This document shows positions 36,922 to 46,585 of a stretch of DNA of 64,000 nt, in pieces. This DNA is from a virus: positions 4,469-68,468 of IMG/VR virus record IMGVR_UViG_3300042453_003033; one strand, given 5' to 3'. Every line of letters starts with the position of its first letter. Within the stretch, counting starts at the first letter, position 1. The notes under the pieces were generated by a model. The model ran no database searches. It saw only the letters and a list, made by a program, of their open reading frames with translations, and was not told the DNA's origin. The translations under genes and the position numbers were made by a program.

Positions 36922-37355
36922 TGGACGAATTAGCAAAAGCACTGAAAATAGCATTCAGTACCGAATTTAGTTTTTATCTAAAATCTCATTACTACCATTG
37001 GAATGTAGAAGGTCCAAACTTCGCACAATATCATAAATTGTTCAGTAAAATATATGAAGAAGTTTATGGTAGTATTGATGCATTTGCTGAAAATATAAGA
37101 AAATTAGGCAGTTACACTCCTGGTAGCTATACAAGACTAAGTATGCTATCTCAGATAGAGGACGAACTGACCGTTCCTCCAGCACTTGATATGATCAATG
37201 ATTTATTAGGTGATAGTGAAAAATGCATTAAAATTTTCAAAATGGTATATGATTTAGCCGAACGTGAAGGCGAACATGGATTAAGTAATTTTCTAGCAGA
37301 ACGCATGGATTCACATAAAAAACACAGCTGGATGCTCAGCGCAACACTCAAATGA
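36921..37355 (+). CDS. dps: Dps/ferritin-like DNA protection protein
   Basis: HYYHWNVEGPNF.QYHKLF..IYEE....D..AE.IR.LG; HKKHSWML. Confidence 0.92.
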   Translation: MDELAKALKIAFSTEFSFYLKSHYYHWNVEGPNFAQYHKLFSKIYEEVYGSIDAFAENIRKLGSYTPGSYTRLSMLSQIEDELTVPPALDMINDLLGDSEKCIKIFKMVYDLAEREGEHGLSNFLAERMDSHKKHSWMLSATLK

Positions 37356-37504
37356 ACAACAATACAACTTCTATACATGACACGTTAACATTTATAAATA
37401 ATGATGAAGTCGTCACAAAAGAACTTGTGTTAGAACAAATAGAATTTACCGACAATTTAGATAGCGCAAATATAAATTATTTAACATATCTGATAGTCGG
37501 TTAA
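37352..37504 (+). CDS. possible small ORF (50 aa)
   Basis: ATGA overlap with the dps stop. Confidence 0.35.
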   Translation: MNNNTTSIHDTLTFINNDEVVTKELVLEQIEFTDNLDSANINYLTYLIVG

Positions 37505-37510
37505 CAGTCT

Positions 37511-37590
37511 TGGCCTTAGGACCGAGTAGGTCGCCTCATACCTCAATACGCAATGAATTCGCTACTCATTCTATTCAAAATGGGGCATTT
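37511..37590 (+). ncRNA. candidate structured RNA element
   Basis: GC-richer intergenic stretch with several complementary segments (see findings). Confidence 0.35.
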
Positions 37591-37599
37591 TCAAAAAAT

Positions 37600-37629
37600 T
37601 TGATTTCCATATTCAAGCTGTATTATAAT
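37600..37629 (+). promoter_or_regulatory. sigma70-type promoter
   Basis: TTGATT-18 nt-TATAAT. Confidence 0.55.
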
Positions 37630-37662
37630 ACACAAACCACAACTTATAGGAGTTTTCATCAC

Positions 37663-37929
37663 ATGAGTGATTACAATCGTACATTTAACCACGAGGCAAA
37701 AATTAAACTAAGTCAAGTGATCAACGAGGGAATTAAAGTTCTTCAAGAAATAGAAGACTTAAATGCTGGTCTGTCTGACACAGTTAAAGCAATCGCCGAA
37801 GAACTTGAAATTAAGCCATCTGTTCTAAAAAAAGCTATCAAGATTGCTAACAAGAGTAAGCTAGGCGAAGTCAACCGTGACATGGAAGAATTGAACACAA
37901 TTCTAGAAACGGTCGGTCGTACTCTATGA
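37663..37929 (+). CDS. small dsDNA-binding protein (T4 DsbA/GapR-like)
   Basis: AGGAG RBS; EIEDL...L.DTVKAIAEELEIKPSVLKKAIKIA helical pattern; directly upstream of the polymerase. Confidence 0.6.
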   Translation: MSDYNRTFNHEAKIKLSQVINEGIKVLQEIEDLNAGLSDTVKAIAEELEIKPSVLKKAIKIANKSKLGEVNRDMEELNTILETVGRTL

Positions 37930-40865
37930 GTTATATTGACGCTGTCCTTAACAAAGACCGCGATATAATTCACGTAGTTGAACGTGACGAAAATGGTGTT
38001 CGACGCTATGTTGATTACCCAACAAATTACGTGTTGTACTATGAAGATGCAAAGGGCAAATACCGTAGCGTATTTGGTGATCCTCTAAGCAAATTCAGCA
38101 CCAGAAAGCATAGTGAATTTCAAAAAGAAAAACGTATTTTATCAAATAAAAAATTGTTTGAAAGTGATGTGAACGTAGTTTTCAGATGTCTAGCGGATAA
38201 CTATCTAGATCGTCCATCACCAAAACTACATACTGCGTTTTTCGACATTGAATCTGATATGCAACCATACGCATATCCTAATTCTCATATAGTAGAAATT
38301 CAAACAAAAAATTCAAAAATTAAGAAAAAAATAACTGTTCATGAGCTAAGTTATTTGCCTAACAAAGATGACTACTTAGTTTATAGTCAAGAAAATGATT
38401 CATGGATTAGTATCTATGGTTGTGAATATCTAAAGTTAGGACCAGGTTTTGCTCCTACTACCGATCCGTTCAATAAAGTCACAGCAATAACACTGTATCT
38501 GGATTGGCTAGAACAACTGATTACACTATGTATACCACCAGCACATATCTCTATAGATCAGGCAACTGAACTAGTAAAAGACATTGATAATGTATTCATT
38601 TTTGACAACGAAGTTGATCTATTTGAAACATTTTTCTTACTAATTGAAGATGCTGATGTACTTACTGGCTGGAACAGTGAAATCTACGATATACCATATC
38701 TAGTAAATCGTGTCACTAAAGTAATGAGCAAAAATGATACCAGACGTTTTTGTCTGTTCGATCACTTGCCTATGCCAAAAACTATTAACAAGTTCGGCAA
38801 AATAGAAAATGTTTATGAACTAGTTGGCAGAGTTCACATGGACTATCTTGTATTGTACAAAAAATACAACTATGAACAACGTCATAGCTATAAGCTTGAT
38901 TACATCGGTGAAATGGAGGTAGGCGAAAATAAAACACAATATGAAGGTACACTCGATCAATTGTATAATCGTGATTGGCGAAAATTTATAGTTTATAACC
39001 GCCAGGACACATTACTAGTATTTAAAATTCATAATAAGCTAAAGTTCTTGGACTTAGCTAATCAACTCGCACATGAAAACACTGTACCACTAAAAAAGGT
39101 TATGGGCAGTGTTGCCATGATTGAGCAAGCTGTTGTTAATGAAGCTCATCAAAGAAATTTGATTGTTCAAAATAAACCAATTGACTATAAGGACGATGAA
39201 TATGATGACGAGAATGAAGAGGAAGATATCACAGCCGCCGGTGCCTATGTTGCTACGCCCAAAAGAGGCATGCACGAATGGATCGCGGCGTGTGATATTA
39301 ACAGTCTATACCCATCAGTTATCCGCGCTCTTAACATGGCCCCAGAAACAATTATCGGACAACTTAGACAAGACTTAACAGAAAAATATATCGAGGATAA
39401 AAAAACAAAGTTAGCGCGAGAAAAGAAAAACAAAACTGCCAAAGATATCACCGGCCCAATCTTATGGGAAGGGCTATTCGGTTCATTAGAGTACACAGCA
39501 GTAATGAATCAAGAACGCGATACCATGATAACCATAGACTGGGAGCGTGGTGGTAGTGATACGTATAGTGCCGCTGAAATATGGAAAATGATCTACGATA
39601 GTAATCAACAATGGGTATTGTCAGCAAATGGTACTATTTTTACATACGCACAGGAAGGTGTAATTCCTGGATTGTTGTCTAGATGGTATCAAGAACGTAA
39701 ACAGATTCAAGCAAAGTTAAAGAAAGCTACTACTAAAGAAGAACAAGAATTCTTAGATAAACGCCAATTAGTTAGAAAAATTTTGCTTAATTCGGCGTAC
39801 GGCGCTCTACTAAATCGTCATTGTAAATTCTACGATTTACGCATAGGCCAAAGTGTAACGTTATCCGGTAGACAAATTGTAAAACACATGGGATCAAAAT
39901 TAAACGAGTTGGTAACAGGTGAATACAGTATTACTGGAGATGCTGTAATATACGGAGATACAGATTCCATTTACTACACCATATGGCCAATCATCAAAGA
40001 AAGTGTATTATCAAATTCCACAGAGTGGACAAAAGAAAAGGCAATCGAAATTTATGATGAATTGGCAAACGATACTAATAAAAGTTTTCCCGCATTCATG
40101 AACACAGCATTTCATTGTCCACAACGTAATGGCGAAATCATAAAAGCAGGTAGAGAACTGGTAGGTGATCGTGCTTTGTTTATTACGAAAAAACGTTATG
40201 CGGTAAACATCTATGACAAAGAAGGTAAACGTCTTGATGTAAATGGTAAACGTGGGAAAATCAAAGCTATGGGTTTGGATCTAAAACGTAGTGATACACC
40301 TAAATTCGTTCAAGAGTTTCTAATGGAAGTTCTAGAGGAAGTATTAGCTGGTAAAAATAAAGAATTCATCGTTGAAAAGATAAAAGAATTCAAAAAGAAA
40401 TTATCAGACATGAACAGTTGGATGAAAGGCAGTCCAAAGTCCGTAAACAATTTAACGCTATATGCTGACAAAGCCAAGGCAAATTCTAAAAAGATGAACA
40501 AAGATTTGTTCGTTTCTGATGACAGTGATGGTGACACCAATATGCCAGGTCATGTCCGTGCTAGCTTAAATTGGAATTATTTGCGATCTATAAATAATGA
40601 TAACTACAGTATGCAAATCGTGGACGGAATGCGAGTAGTTATTTGTAAACTCAAATCAAATCCATATGGTTTTACAAGTATTGCTTATCCAACAGATGAA
40701 CTAAGATTGCCTCAATGGTTTTTATCTTTGCCATTTGATGATAAAAGCATGGAAACAACTCTAGTAGATGAAAAAATTGACAACTTATTATCGGTCCTGG
40801 ACTGGAATTTACGAGAGTTAACCTCAGTTGATGAAGCTATAAGTGACCTATTTGTTTTTGAATAA
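37926..40865 (+). CDS. family B DNA polymerase
   Basis: Exonuclease DIE, GWNS..YD and YN..D motifs; polymerase DINSLYPS, K..LNS.YG, YGDTDS and KKRY motifs. Confidence 0.97.
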   Translation: MSYIDAVLNKDRDIIHVVERDENGVRRYVDYPTNYVLYYEDAKGKYRSVFGDPLSKFSTRKHSEFQKEKRILSNKKLFESDVNVVFRCLADNYLDRPSPKLHTAFFDIESDMQPYAYPNSHIVEIQTKNSKIKKKITVHELSYLPNKDDYLVYSQENDSWISIYGCEYLKLGPGFAPTTDPFNKVTAITLYLDWLEQLITLCIPPAHISIDQATELVKDIDNVFIFDNEVDLFETFFLLIEDADVLTGWNSEIYDIPYLVNRVTKVMSKNDTRRFCLFDHLPMPKTINKFGKIENVYELVGRVHMDYLVLYKKYNYEQRHSYKLDYIGEMEVGENKTQYEGTLDQLYNRDWRKFIVYNRQDTLLVFKIHNKLKFLDLANQLAHENTVPLKKVMGSVAMIEQAVVNEAHQRNLIVQNKPIDYKDDEYDDENEEEDITAAGAYVATPKRGMHEWIAACDINSLYPSVIRALNMAPETIIGQLRQDLTEKYIEDKKTKLAREKKNKTAKDITGPILWEGLFGSLEYTAVMNQERDTMITIDWERGGSDTYSAAEIWKMIYDSNQQWVLSANGTIFTYAQEGVIPGLLSRWYQERKQIQAKLKKATTKEEQEFLDKRQLVRKILLNSAYGALLNRHCKFYDLRIGQSVTLSGRQIVKHMGSKLNELVTGEYSITGDAVIYGDTDSIYYTIWPIIKESVLSNSTEWTKEKAIEIYDELANDTNKSFPAFMNTAFHCPQRNGEIIKAGRELVGDRALFITKKRYAVNIYDKEGKRLDVNGKRGKIKAMGLDLKRSDTPKFVQEFLMEVLEEVLAGKNKEFIVEKIKEFKKKLSDMNSWMKGSPKSVNNLTLYADKAKANSKKMNKDLFVSDDSDGDTNMPGHVRASLNWNYLRSINNDNYSMQIVDGMRVVICKLKSNPYGFTSIAYPTDELRLPQWFLSLPFDDKSMETTLVDEKIDNLLSVLDWNLRELTSVDEAISDLFVFE

Positions 40866-40882
40866 TTTTGTAAAAATCATTC

Positions 40883-40911
40883 TTGACAATTCAGAACTCA
40901 CAGCTTAAACT
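40883..40911 (+). promoter_or_regulatory. sigma70-type promoter
   Basis: TTGACA-17 nt-TAAACT. Confidence 0.65.
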
Positions 40912-40936
40912 ATCAATAATAAAAACAGGAATATCA

Positions 40937-41671
40937 ATGAAAGACATATTAAACGACATAATTCATCATACTTTACCTTTGGGTGGTATTGAACTAATTA
41001 AAATTGTTGGTACGGCAAACGAAACATCGTTGTCAGCCGTCACAGAAAACAAAACTGTTATCCTAAATGCAAAGTTCAAAACTCCTATACCACAGTTCAG
41101 CGGTGTGTTTGGCATGCCCTCACTTGAAAAATTACGCACTATCCTAAGTTTTGACGACGAATATGACGGTGATGCAAAAATATCAGTTGTCTCTGAGAAG
41201 AAAGACGGTGAAGATCATCCTAGCGTGATTCACTTCGAAAACAAGTCTGGTGATTTCGTTAACGACTATCGTCTTATGGGTAAAACTCTAGTAGAACAGA
41301 AAATCAAAAATGTAATTTTCAAGGGCGCTGCCTGGAACTTGAACTTTAAGCCAACTATCCCAGGTATTACCAGACTGAAAAAGCAGTCCAGTGTTCATAA
41401 TGACGAACCTAACTTTAATGGCTTCTATGAAAATAATGCATTAGTGATGTCGTTTGGTAATGTTTCCACTCATGCAGGTAAATTTATTTTCCAAACAGGT
41501 GTTAGTGGTTCACTGACTAAGTCCTTTCACTGGCCAGTAAAACAGTTCTTGTCTATTATGGATCTAGTTGGTGATAAACATATCTACATCAGTGATCAGG
41601 GCGTTATGCGTGTAACACTAGATAGTGGCATAGCAGAATACGAATATCTACTACCAGTTCAAAAACAATAA
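40937..41671 (+). CDS. putative sliding clamp (gp45/PCNA-like)
   Basis: Size ~244 aa; follows PolB; beta-rich; C-terminal YEYLLP; clamp loader present in the window. Confidence 0.6.
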   Translation: MKDILNDIIHHTLPLGGIELIKIVGTANETSLSAVTENKTVILNAKFKTPIPQFSGVFGMPSLEKLRTILSFDDEYDGDAKISVVSEKKDGEDHPSVIHFENKSGDFVNDYRLMGKTLVEQKIKNVIFKGAAWNLNFKPTIPGITRLKKQSSVHNDEPNFNGFYENNALVMSFGNVSTHAGKFIFQTGVSGSLTKSFHWPVKQFLSIMDLVGDKHIYISDQGVMRVTLDSGIAEYEYLLPVQKQ

Positions 41672-41672
41672 T

Positions 41673-41933
41673 ATGGACTCTACCAATACTGATATCGAAG
41701 ATATCATTGAATGGCCGCCAGAATTTTATGATAAACACTGGCAAAACATGCCATCGTACAATCAACCAGATAATGGTGCATATAGACAGTTAATCATTAA
41801 TTTCGAAGATGAAGCGGCAGTAAAAGCTTTTTCAGAATTAGTTGGTCAAACTCTAACAAAGAAAACTAAAAGCATCTGGTTTCCAAAACGTGAACAAAAC
41901 AACGTAAGTGATTTGTTCTGGATTGAAGAATGA
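41673..41933 (+). CDS. small acidic protein coupled to the glycosyltransferase
   Basis: WQNMPSYNQ...Q.LTKKTKSIWFP; overlaps the next gene. Confidence 0.65.
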   Translation: MDSTNTDIEDIIEWPPEFYDKHWQNMPSYNQPDNGAYRQLIINFEDEAAVKAFSELVGQTLTKKTKSIWFPKREQNNVSDLFWIEE

Positions 41934-42826
41934 GTAATCCACAATTTCCAATCTACATAGTTAGTAAAGGTCGTGCAGACAGTAGACTAACTAGTAAGGC
42001 TCTTACTCTAATGAAAGTGCCGCACTACATGGTAGTAGAGTCACAAGAATATGACATTTATGTTGAAGCTTGTAAGGGATCTACTGCTACTGTAATCATA
42101 CTTGATCTAGACTATAAAAAGCAGTATGACTGTTTTGACAATCTAGGACTAACAAAATCTACTGGTCCTGGACCCGCAAGAAACTTTGCATGGGATCATA
42201 GTATTTCCAATGGGTTTACGTGGCATTGGGTGATGGATGATAACATTGCAGAATTTCTTCGTTTAACTGATAATAAAAAAATCAGATTTGGCGATGGTAC
42301 CTGTTTTAGAATCATGGAAGATTTTGTTCTACGATACAAGAATATAGGTATGGCAGGTCCTCAATACAGAGCATTTGCTCCACAAAACTCAAAAATACCT
42401 CCATTTGTAGCTAATACACGCATCTATAGTTGTAATCTTATTCGAAATGATGTGCCATTCAGATGGCGTGGCAGATACAATGAAGACACTGACTTAAGTT
42501 TACGTATGCTTAAAGCTGGATGGGCTACAGTGCAATTCAATGCATTTTTACAAGATAAACTACGTACACAAGTACTAGGAGGTGGTAATACCGCAGAATT
42601 CTATGCACGTGAAGGTACTGCTGCTAAAAGTCAAATGCAAGTAGATATGCATCCTGATGTTAGTAGATTGACATGGAAATTCGGCAGAATACATCACGAA
42701 GTAAATTACAATCCATTTAAAGACATACCATTAATATTCAAAGATGACTATGTATCTACGAAGTCAGTAAATGAATACGGTCTTAAATTGAAATCAGGCT
42801 GGCAAGAAATAAAAGGTCAGCAATGA
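41930..42826 (+). CDS. TET-associated/GREB1-like glycosyltransferase (putative DNA base modification)
   Basis: PIYIVSKGR, GPARN, HWVMDDNI, RIYSCNLI, RYNEDTDLSLR and GGNT motifs. Confidence 0.75.
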   Translation: MSNPQFPIYIVSKGRADSRLTSKALTLMKVPHYMVVESQEYDIYVEACKGSTATVIILDLDYKKQYDCFDNLGLTKSTGPGPARNFAWDHSISNGFTWHWVMDDNIAEFLRLTDNKKIRFGDGTCFRIMEDFVLRYKNIGMAGPQYRAFAPQNSKIPPFVANTRIYSCNLIRNDVPFRWRGRYNEDTDLSLRMLKAGWATVQFNAFLQDKLRTQVLGGGNTAEFYAREGTAAKSQMQVDMHPDVSRLTWKFGRIHHEVNYNPFKDIPLIFKDDYVSTKSVNEYGLKLKSGWQEIKGQQ

Positions 42827-43083
42827 GATTGTTTCCAATTACAATTGACGTTAAAGAAATCACTGAGGAAATGCTAAAATGGGCAGAAGTTCAAAATGCT
42901 AAGATTGAGCATAAAAGATACATTACATTTCCAAATAGTAAACAATCTACTAGCACAAGATTGCATTTTAACTACACCGAAAAATCAACGGCACTATTAT
43001 TCTTAATGATTTTTAATCAGCATGTTATAAGTCATAATATGAAAGAACTTGAAGGAGTGAAGGAACTATATGCTACAACGTGA
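42823..43083 (+). CDS. hypothetical protein
   Basis: ORF in operon. Confidence 0.6.
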   Translation: MRLFPITIDVKEITEEMLKWAEVQNAKIEHKRYITFPNSKQSTSTRLHFNYTEKSTALLFLMIFNQHVISHNMKELEGVKELYATT

Positions 43084-43438
43084 ACAAACGCTTATCGAAC
43101 AGCGCCAAAGAATTATTAAACAATCAGATAAAAAATTCTGGATAAAGTTTAATAGAACCATTAATAACGAAACAGTAAAATTCAAAGTATGGGTTGATTG
43201 TAATTTATCAAATAATAAAGTCATTGATATTAATGATGTATTCAATTCAATTTCAAATTTATCTCCGAGCACCTCGGAAGAATTAAATAATAATTATCAT
43301 CTCATAGTTGATGATTTATACGAGCAGTTGGCTTCTGCTTATCCAGATACATCTATATGGATAGAAATAGCTAACGGCAATTTCGGCTTACTTGCAAAAT
43401 ACGAAACGCACCGGCCAAGTACATTACTAAAAATTTAA
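43070..43438 (+). CDS. hypothetical protein, possibly a degenerate QueD/PTPS-like T-fold
   Basis: FKVWVD...IVDDLYEQLASAYP....WIEI pattern; no His metal ligands. Confidence 0.45.
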   Translation: MLQREQTLIEQRQRIIKQSDKKFWIKFNRTINNETVKFKVWVDCNLSNNKVIDINDVFNSISNLSPSTSEELNNNYHLIVDDLYEQLASAYPDTSIWIEIANGNFGLLAKYETHRPSTLLKI

Positions 43439-43451
43439 AGGATAAAAACTT

Positions 43452-43631
43452 ATGTCAATGCCAAAATATATTGAACGTCATCTAACAATGAAACCAGAAG
43501 TATCTAAAATCTTTGATGATTTGGATGCTTATAGGAATTATTGCAGGGAAAACATGCTCAAGTTTGATGAACGTGACTTGTATAAGTCAGATCAATATAA
43601 AAAATTTGAAAAGCAACGTATCTTAGGATAA
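43452..43631 (+). CDS. small hypothetical protein (59 aa, not in ORF track)
   Basis: AAGGA RBS; MKPEVSKIFDDLDAYRNYCR...FDERDLY. Confidence 0.6.
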   Translation: MSMPKYIERHLTMKPEVSKIFDDLDAYRNYCRENMLKFDERDLYKSDQYKKFEKQRILG

Positions 43632-43633
43632 TA

Positions 43634-43918
43634 ATGTATAATTTTCTCAATAAACTATTCAATAGAAATTCTAGAGCTAATCTGATTAAACAATCTCGAC
43701 CGTTTAACGACGAGGTGGAAGTTGGGGAACCAAGAACTTTTTCAAGACATCCATTAACTATAACAATTCATTATGCTCACGGTGGTATAATTCTTCATAG
43801 TAGACAGTACGACAAAAAACTACAAGAATACGACAATATGAATTATGTAGTTCATGATGATGAAGAGATTTCAAAGACCATCGAAAAAATAATATTCATG
43901 AATAGCCTTAAACAATGA
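43634..43918 (+). CDS. hypothetical protein
   Basis: ORF with AGGA RBS. Confidence 0.65.
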   Translation: MYNFLNKLFNRNSRANLIKQSRPFNDEVEVGEPRTFSRHPLTITIHYAHGGIILHSRQYDKKLQEYDNMNYVVHDDEEISKTIEKIIFMNSLKQ

Positions 43919-44190
43919 ACAAGACAACAGAAATTCTTCAAATCACACAGGAAGAATGTGCCGAAGTTATACAATCTATAGCCAAGTGCTTTAGATTTGG
44001 CGTAGATAATCACTATCCACTGTCCGATAAAAATAACAGAGAACATCTTACCGAAGAGATAGGTGATTTACTTTGTATGATTGATTTGATTAAGGAACAT
44101 AATATTGTTGATTCCGTTAAAGTTGAAGAATACAAAAATCAAAAGCGAATCAAACTTTCAAAATGGTCTAATATTATGGAAGTTATCTAA
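43915..44190 (+). CDS. MazG-like NTP pyrophosphatase
   Basis: QEECAEVIQ..AKC.RFG...EEIGDL. Confidence 0.8.
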   Translation: MNKTTEILQITQEECAEVIQSIAKCFRFGVDNHYPLSDKNNREHLTEEIGDLLCMIDLIKEHNIVDSVKVEEYKNQKRIKLSKWSNIMEVI

Positions 44191-44324
44191 TTATGTTCGA
44201 CAATATAATTTATCTAGGAATTCCAATTACAATACTAGGCATTGCATATTTACTTAGTTCAGCCAAGCTTCACAAAGCTTTAGTAAAAATATCTTCTAGA
44301 ATAAATAAAAGACATCAATGAACT

Positions 44325-44567
44325 TTGAATATGCTCGATCCAATAGCACTAGACTATATAGACTACCTTACTCCATATTTGAAATATGTAAAAAACTGGC
44401 AACTACATTTTTGTATAGTACCAAGGAAATGTGCGTTGACAGAAAAAATTATGTGGTTTAAAACCTGCTATAGAGGCACAAGAGTTATTGGCACACGGAA
44501 TGAATCACTCAAAGAGCATTGGTACATTGATAAAAATGAATTTATTGTCTGGTCACTAAAAACTTAA
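44325..44567 (+). CDS. hypothetical protein
   Basis: ORF. Confidence 0.55.
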   Translation: MNMLDPIALDYIDYLTPYLKYVKNWQLHFCIVPRKCALTEKIMWFKTCYRGTRVIGTRNESLKEHWYIDKNEFIVWSLKT

Positions 44568-44571
44568 AATT

Positions 44572-45054
44572 ATGATTGATATTTTTAAAAAACTGTTTAA
44601 TGAAAATAAACCTACCGAAGCTAAAGAAATTTCAGTAGAATCTGCGCCACCACCAGCGCCAGTTGTATCCACACAGCCATCAGCACCACCAGTACCGAAA
44701 AAGTCAGTTCAAAGAAAAAAACGAACAGTTGCTCGCCCAAAGGTAGAAAAAACTCCCAAAGAATACGCAACGGAAAAACGTGAACCATATGTTAGTGTTA
44801 TAAAAGTTGATCTAGACCCAGAAAACATAGGTGCAGGTTCTTTTGAACTGGATTGGAATGAGTATTTCATAGCAAAACTAATCAAATCAGGATACAAAGG
44901 CACTGATGACTCACAAATTGTCGATCAATGGTTTCAAGATGTGTGCAGAAATGTAGTAATGGAGACATTTGAACAGTATGAAGCCAATAATCCTAGGCCA
45001 GTAAGTGGCGTTCAAAAAAGAGACATAGGCAGCGGTAGAACAGAAATTTCTTGA
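44572..45054 (+). CDS. hypothetical phage protein
   Basis: ORF with FELDWNEYF...VDQWF motif. Confidence 0.7.
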   Translation: MIDIFKKLFNENKPTEAKEISVESAPPPAPVVSTQPSAPPVPKKSVQRKKRTVARPKVEKTPKEYATEKREPYVSVIKVDLDPENIGAGSFELDWNEYFIAKLIKSGYKGTDDSQIVDQWFQDVCRNVVMETFEQYEANNPRPVSGVQKRDIGSGRTEIS

Positions 45055-45080
45055 CGAAAAAATAATAGTTATGCTACAAT
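45051..45080 (+). promoter_or_regulatory. sigma70-type promoter
   Basis: TTGACG-18 nt-TACAAT with extended TG. Confidence 0.6.
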
Positions 45081-45108
45081 ATAGTATTAACTACTCATAT
45101 CAAATGTC

Positions 45109-46101
45109 ATGACCAAATATCTTCTCGTTGATACCGCTAATACTTTTTTTCGTGCTAGGCATACTGCTTCTAGACAAAGTGATACCTGGGACAAATTAGG
45201 TTTCGCTATCCATGTAACACTGGCAAGTGTTAATAAAGCCTACCGTGATTTTGGTGCTAAACATGTAGTCTTTTGTTTAGAAGGTCGTAGTTGGCGCAAA
45301 GATTTCTATGAGCCGTACAAGAAAAATCGTGCAGTAGCTAAGGCAGCACTATCTGAAAAAGAACTAGAAGAAGATAAGCTTTTTTGGGAAACTTTTGAGA
45401 ATCTTAAAAATTTCCTCATCGAAAAGACGAACTGCACTGTATTGCGCCATGATCATCTAGAAGCTGATGATCTAATAAGTGGATGGATTCAACATCATCC
45501 ATCAGACGATCATATCATTGTCAGTAGTGATACTGATTTTCATCAATTGCTTGCTTCGAACGTTTCTCAATACAATGGTATTACCGAAGAACTACATACA
45601 ATCAATGGCATCTTTGACAAGAAAAACAAATTAGTCATTGATAAGAAAACAAAACAACCAAAAACTATTCCAGATCCAGAATGGATTCTGTTTGAAAAGT
45701 GCATTCGCGGCGATAGTTCCGACAATGTTTTTAGTGCTTATCCAGGTGTGCGAGTTAAAGGTTCAAAAAACAAAGTAGGACTAACTGAAGCATTCGAAGA
45801 TCGAAAAACAAAAGGTTTCAATTGGAACAATTTGATGTTACAGCGTTGGACTGATCACAATATGATAGAACATCGTGTAATGGACGATTATGAACGCAAT
45901 CGAACGCTTATTGATCTAAAAGCACAACCATCACACGTTAAAGATTGGATTCATCAAACTATTGTTGAAGGCACTGAGCCAAAAGAAAAATCTATGATTG
46001 GCATTCAATTCTTGAAGTTCTGCGGCAAGTATGAACTTAATCGTCTGAGCGAAATGTCAAATAATATTGCTGACATTTTCTCAAACTCTTACCCAACATA
46101 A
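45109..46101 (+). CDS. 5'-3' exonuclease / T4 RNase H-like (FEN family)
   Basis: LLVD, YK.NR, EADD, SSD.DF.QL and GD.SDNV motifs. Confidence 0.9.
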   Translation: MTKYLLVDTANTFFRARHTASRQSDTWDKLGFAIHVTLASVNKAYRDFGAKHVVFCLEGRSWRKDFYEPYKKNRAVAKAALSEKELEEDKLFWETFENLKNFLIEKTNCTVLRHDHLEADDLISGWIQHHPSDDHIIVSSDTDFHQLLASNVSQYNGITEELHTINGIFDKKNKLVIDKKTKQPKTIPDPEWILFEKCIRGDSSDNVFSAYPGVRVKGSKNKVGLTEAFEDRKTKGFNWNNLMLQRWTDHNMIEHRVMDDYERNRTLIDLKAQPSHVKDWIHQTIVEGTEPKEKSMIGIQFLKFCGKYELNRLSEMSNNIADIFSNSYPT

Positions 46102-46105
46102 CAAT

Positions 46106-46585
46106 ATGAATAAAGTAAAAGATATAGTAGCTAAATCAATACTGTCTGATAAGTACTGGATTCTAGAATCAAACGGTAAAAAAATAGGCACAATTCAGGC
46201 CATAGATGATGGCGGGTTTACGTTGGTTAAAGATGAACAACGTAAAAAATATGCAACTATTAATGCATTAGGTGCTGAAAATAATATCTTATTTGATAAG
46301 AAGAAATACCATAAAAAATCTGTAACAGTTAATTTAATTGGAGATTATCCAATTTCTGGCAATGCTTACAATGTAATATGGAATATTAGAAAAAAATTCG
46401 CGGCATATACGAAAACTAAAAAAAGTAAGTGTCATTATTGTGCTGGATATTTCATTGTTAAATTTCAAAATGAGTGGCAAATAATGTTTTGTCCAAAACT
46501 AATTATGGTAAATAGATATCAAATCAGTGGTCCTTATAAATCAAAAGCAGAAGCAGAAAATGCATTGAAAAATGGATCCTACTAA
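46106..46585 (+). CDS. hypothetical phage protein
   Basis: ORF; KSKCHYCAGY...FCPK motif. Confidence 0.7.
   Translation: MNKVKDIVAKSILSDKYWILESNGKKIGTIQAIDDGGFTLVKDEQRKKYATINALGAENNILFDKKKYHKKSVTVNLIGDYPISGNAYNVIWNIRKKFAAYTKTKKSKCHYCAGYFIVKFQNEWQIMFCPKLIMVNRYQISGPYKSKAEAENALKNGSY

Noticed and set aside
37510-37662. TTG-initiated N-terminal extension of the dsbA-like gene
   Set aside because: A promoter and AGGAG RBS point to ATG 37663; the upstream part looks non-coding and structured
38268-38441. Functional intein in PolB
   Set aside because: No N-terminal Cys/Ser nucleophile, no His-Asn end, and too short; kept only as a possible relic
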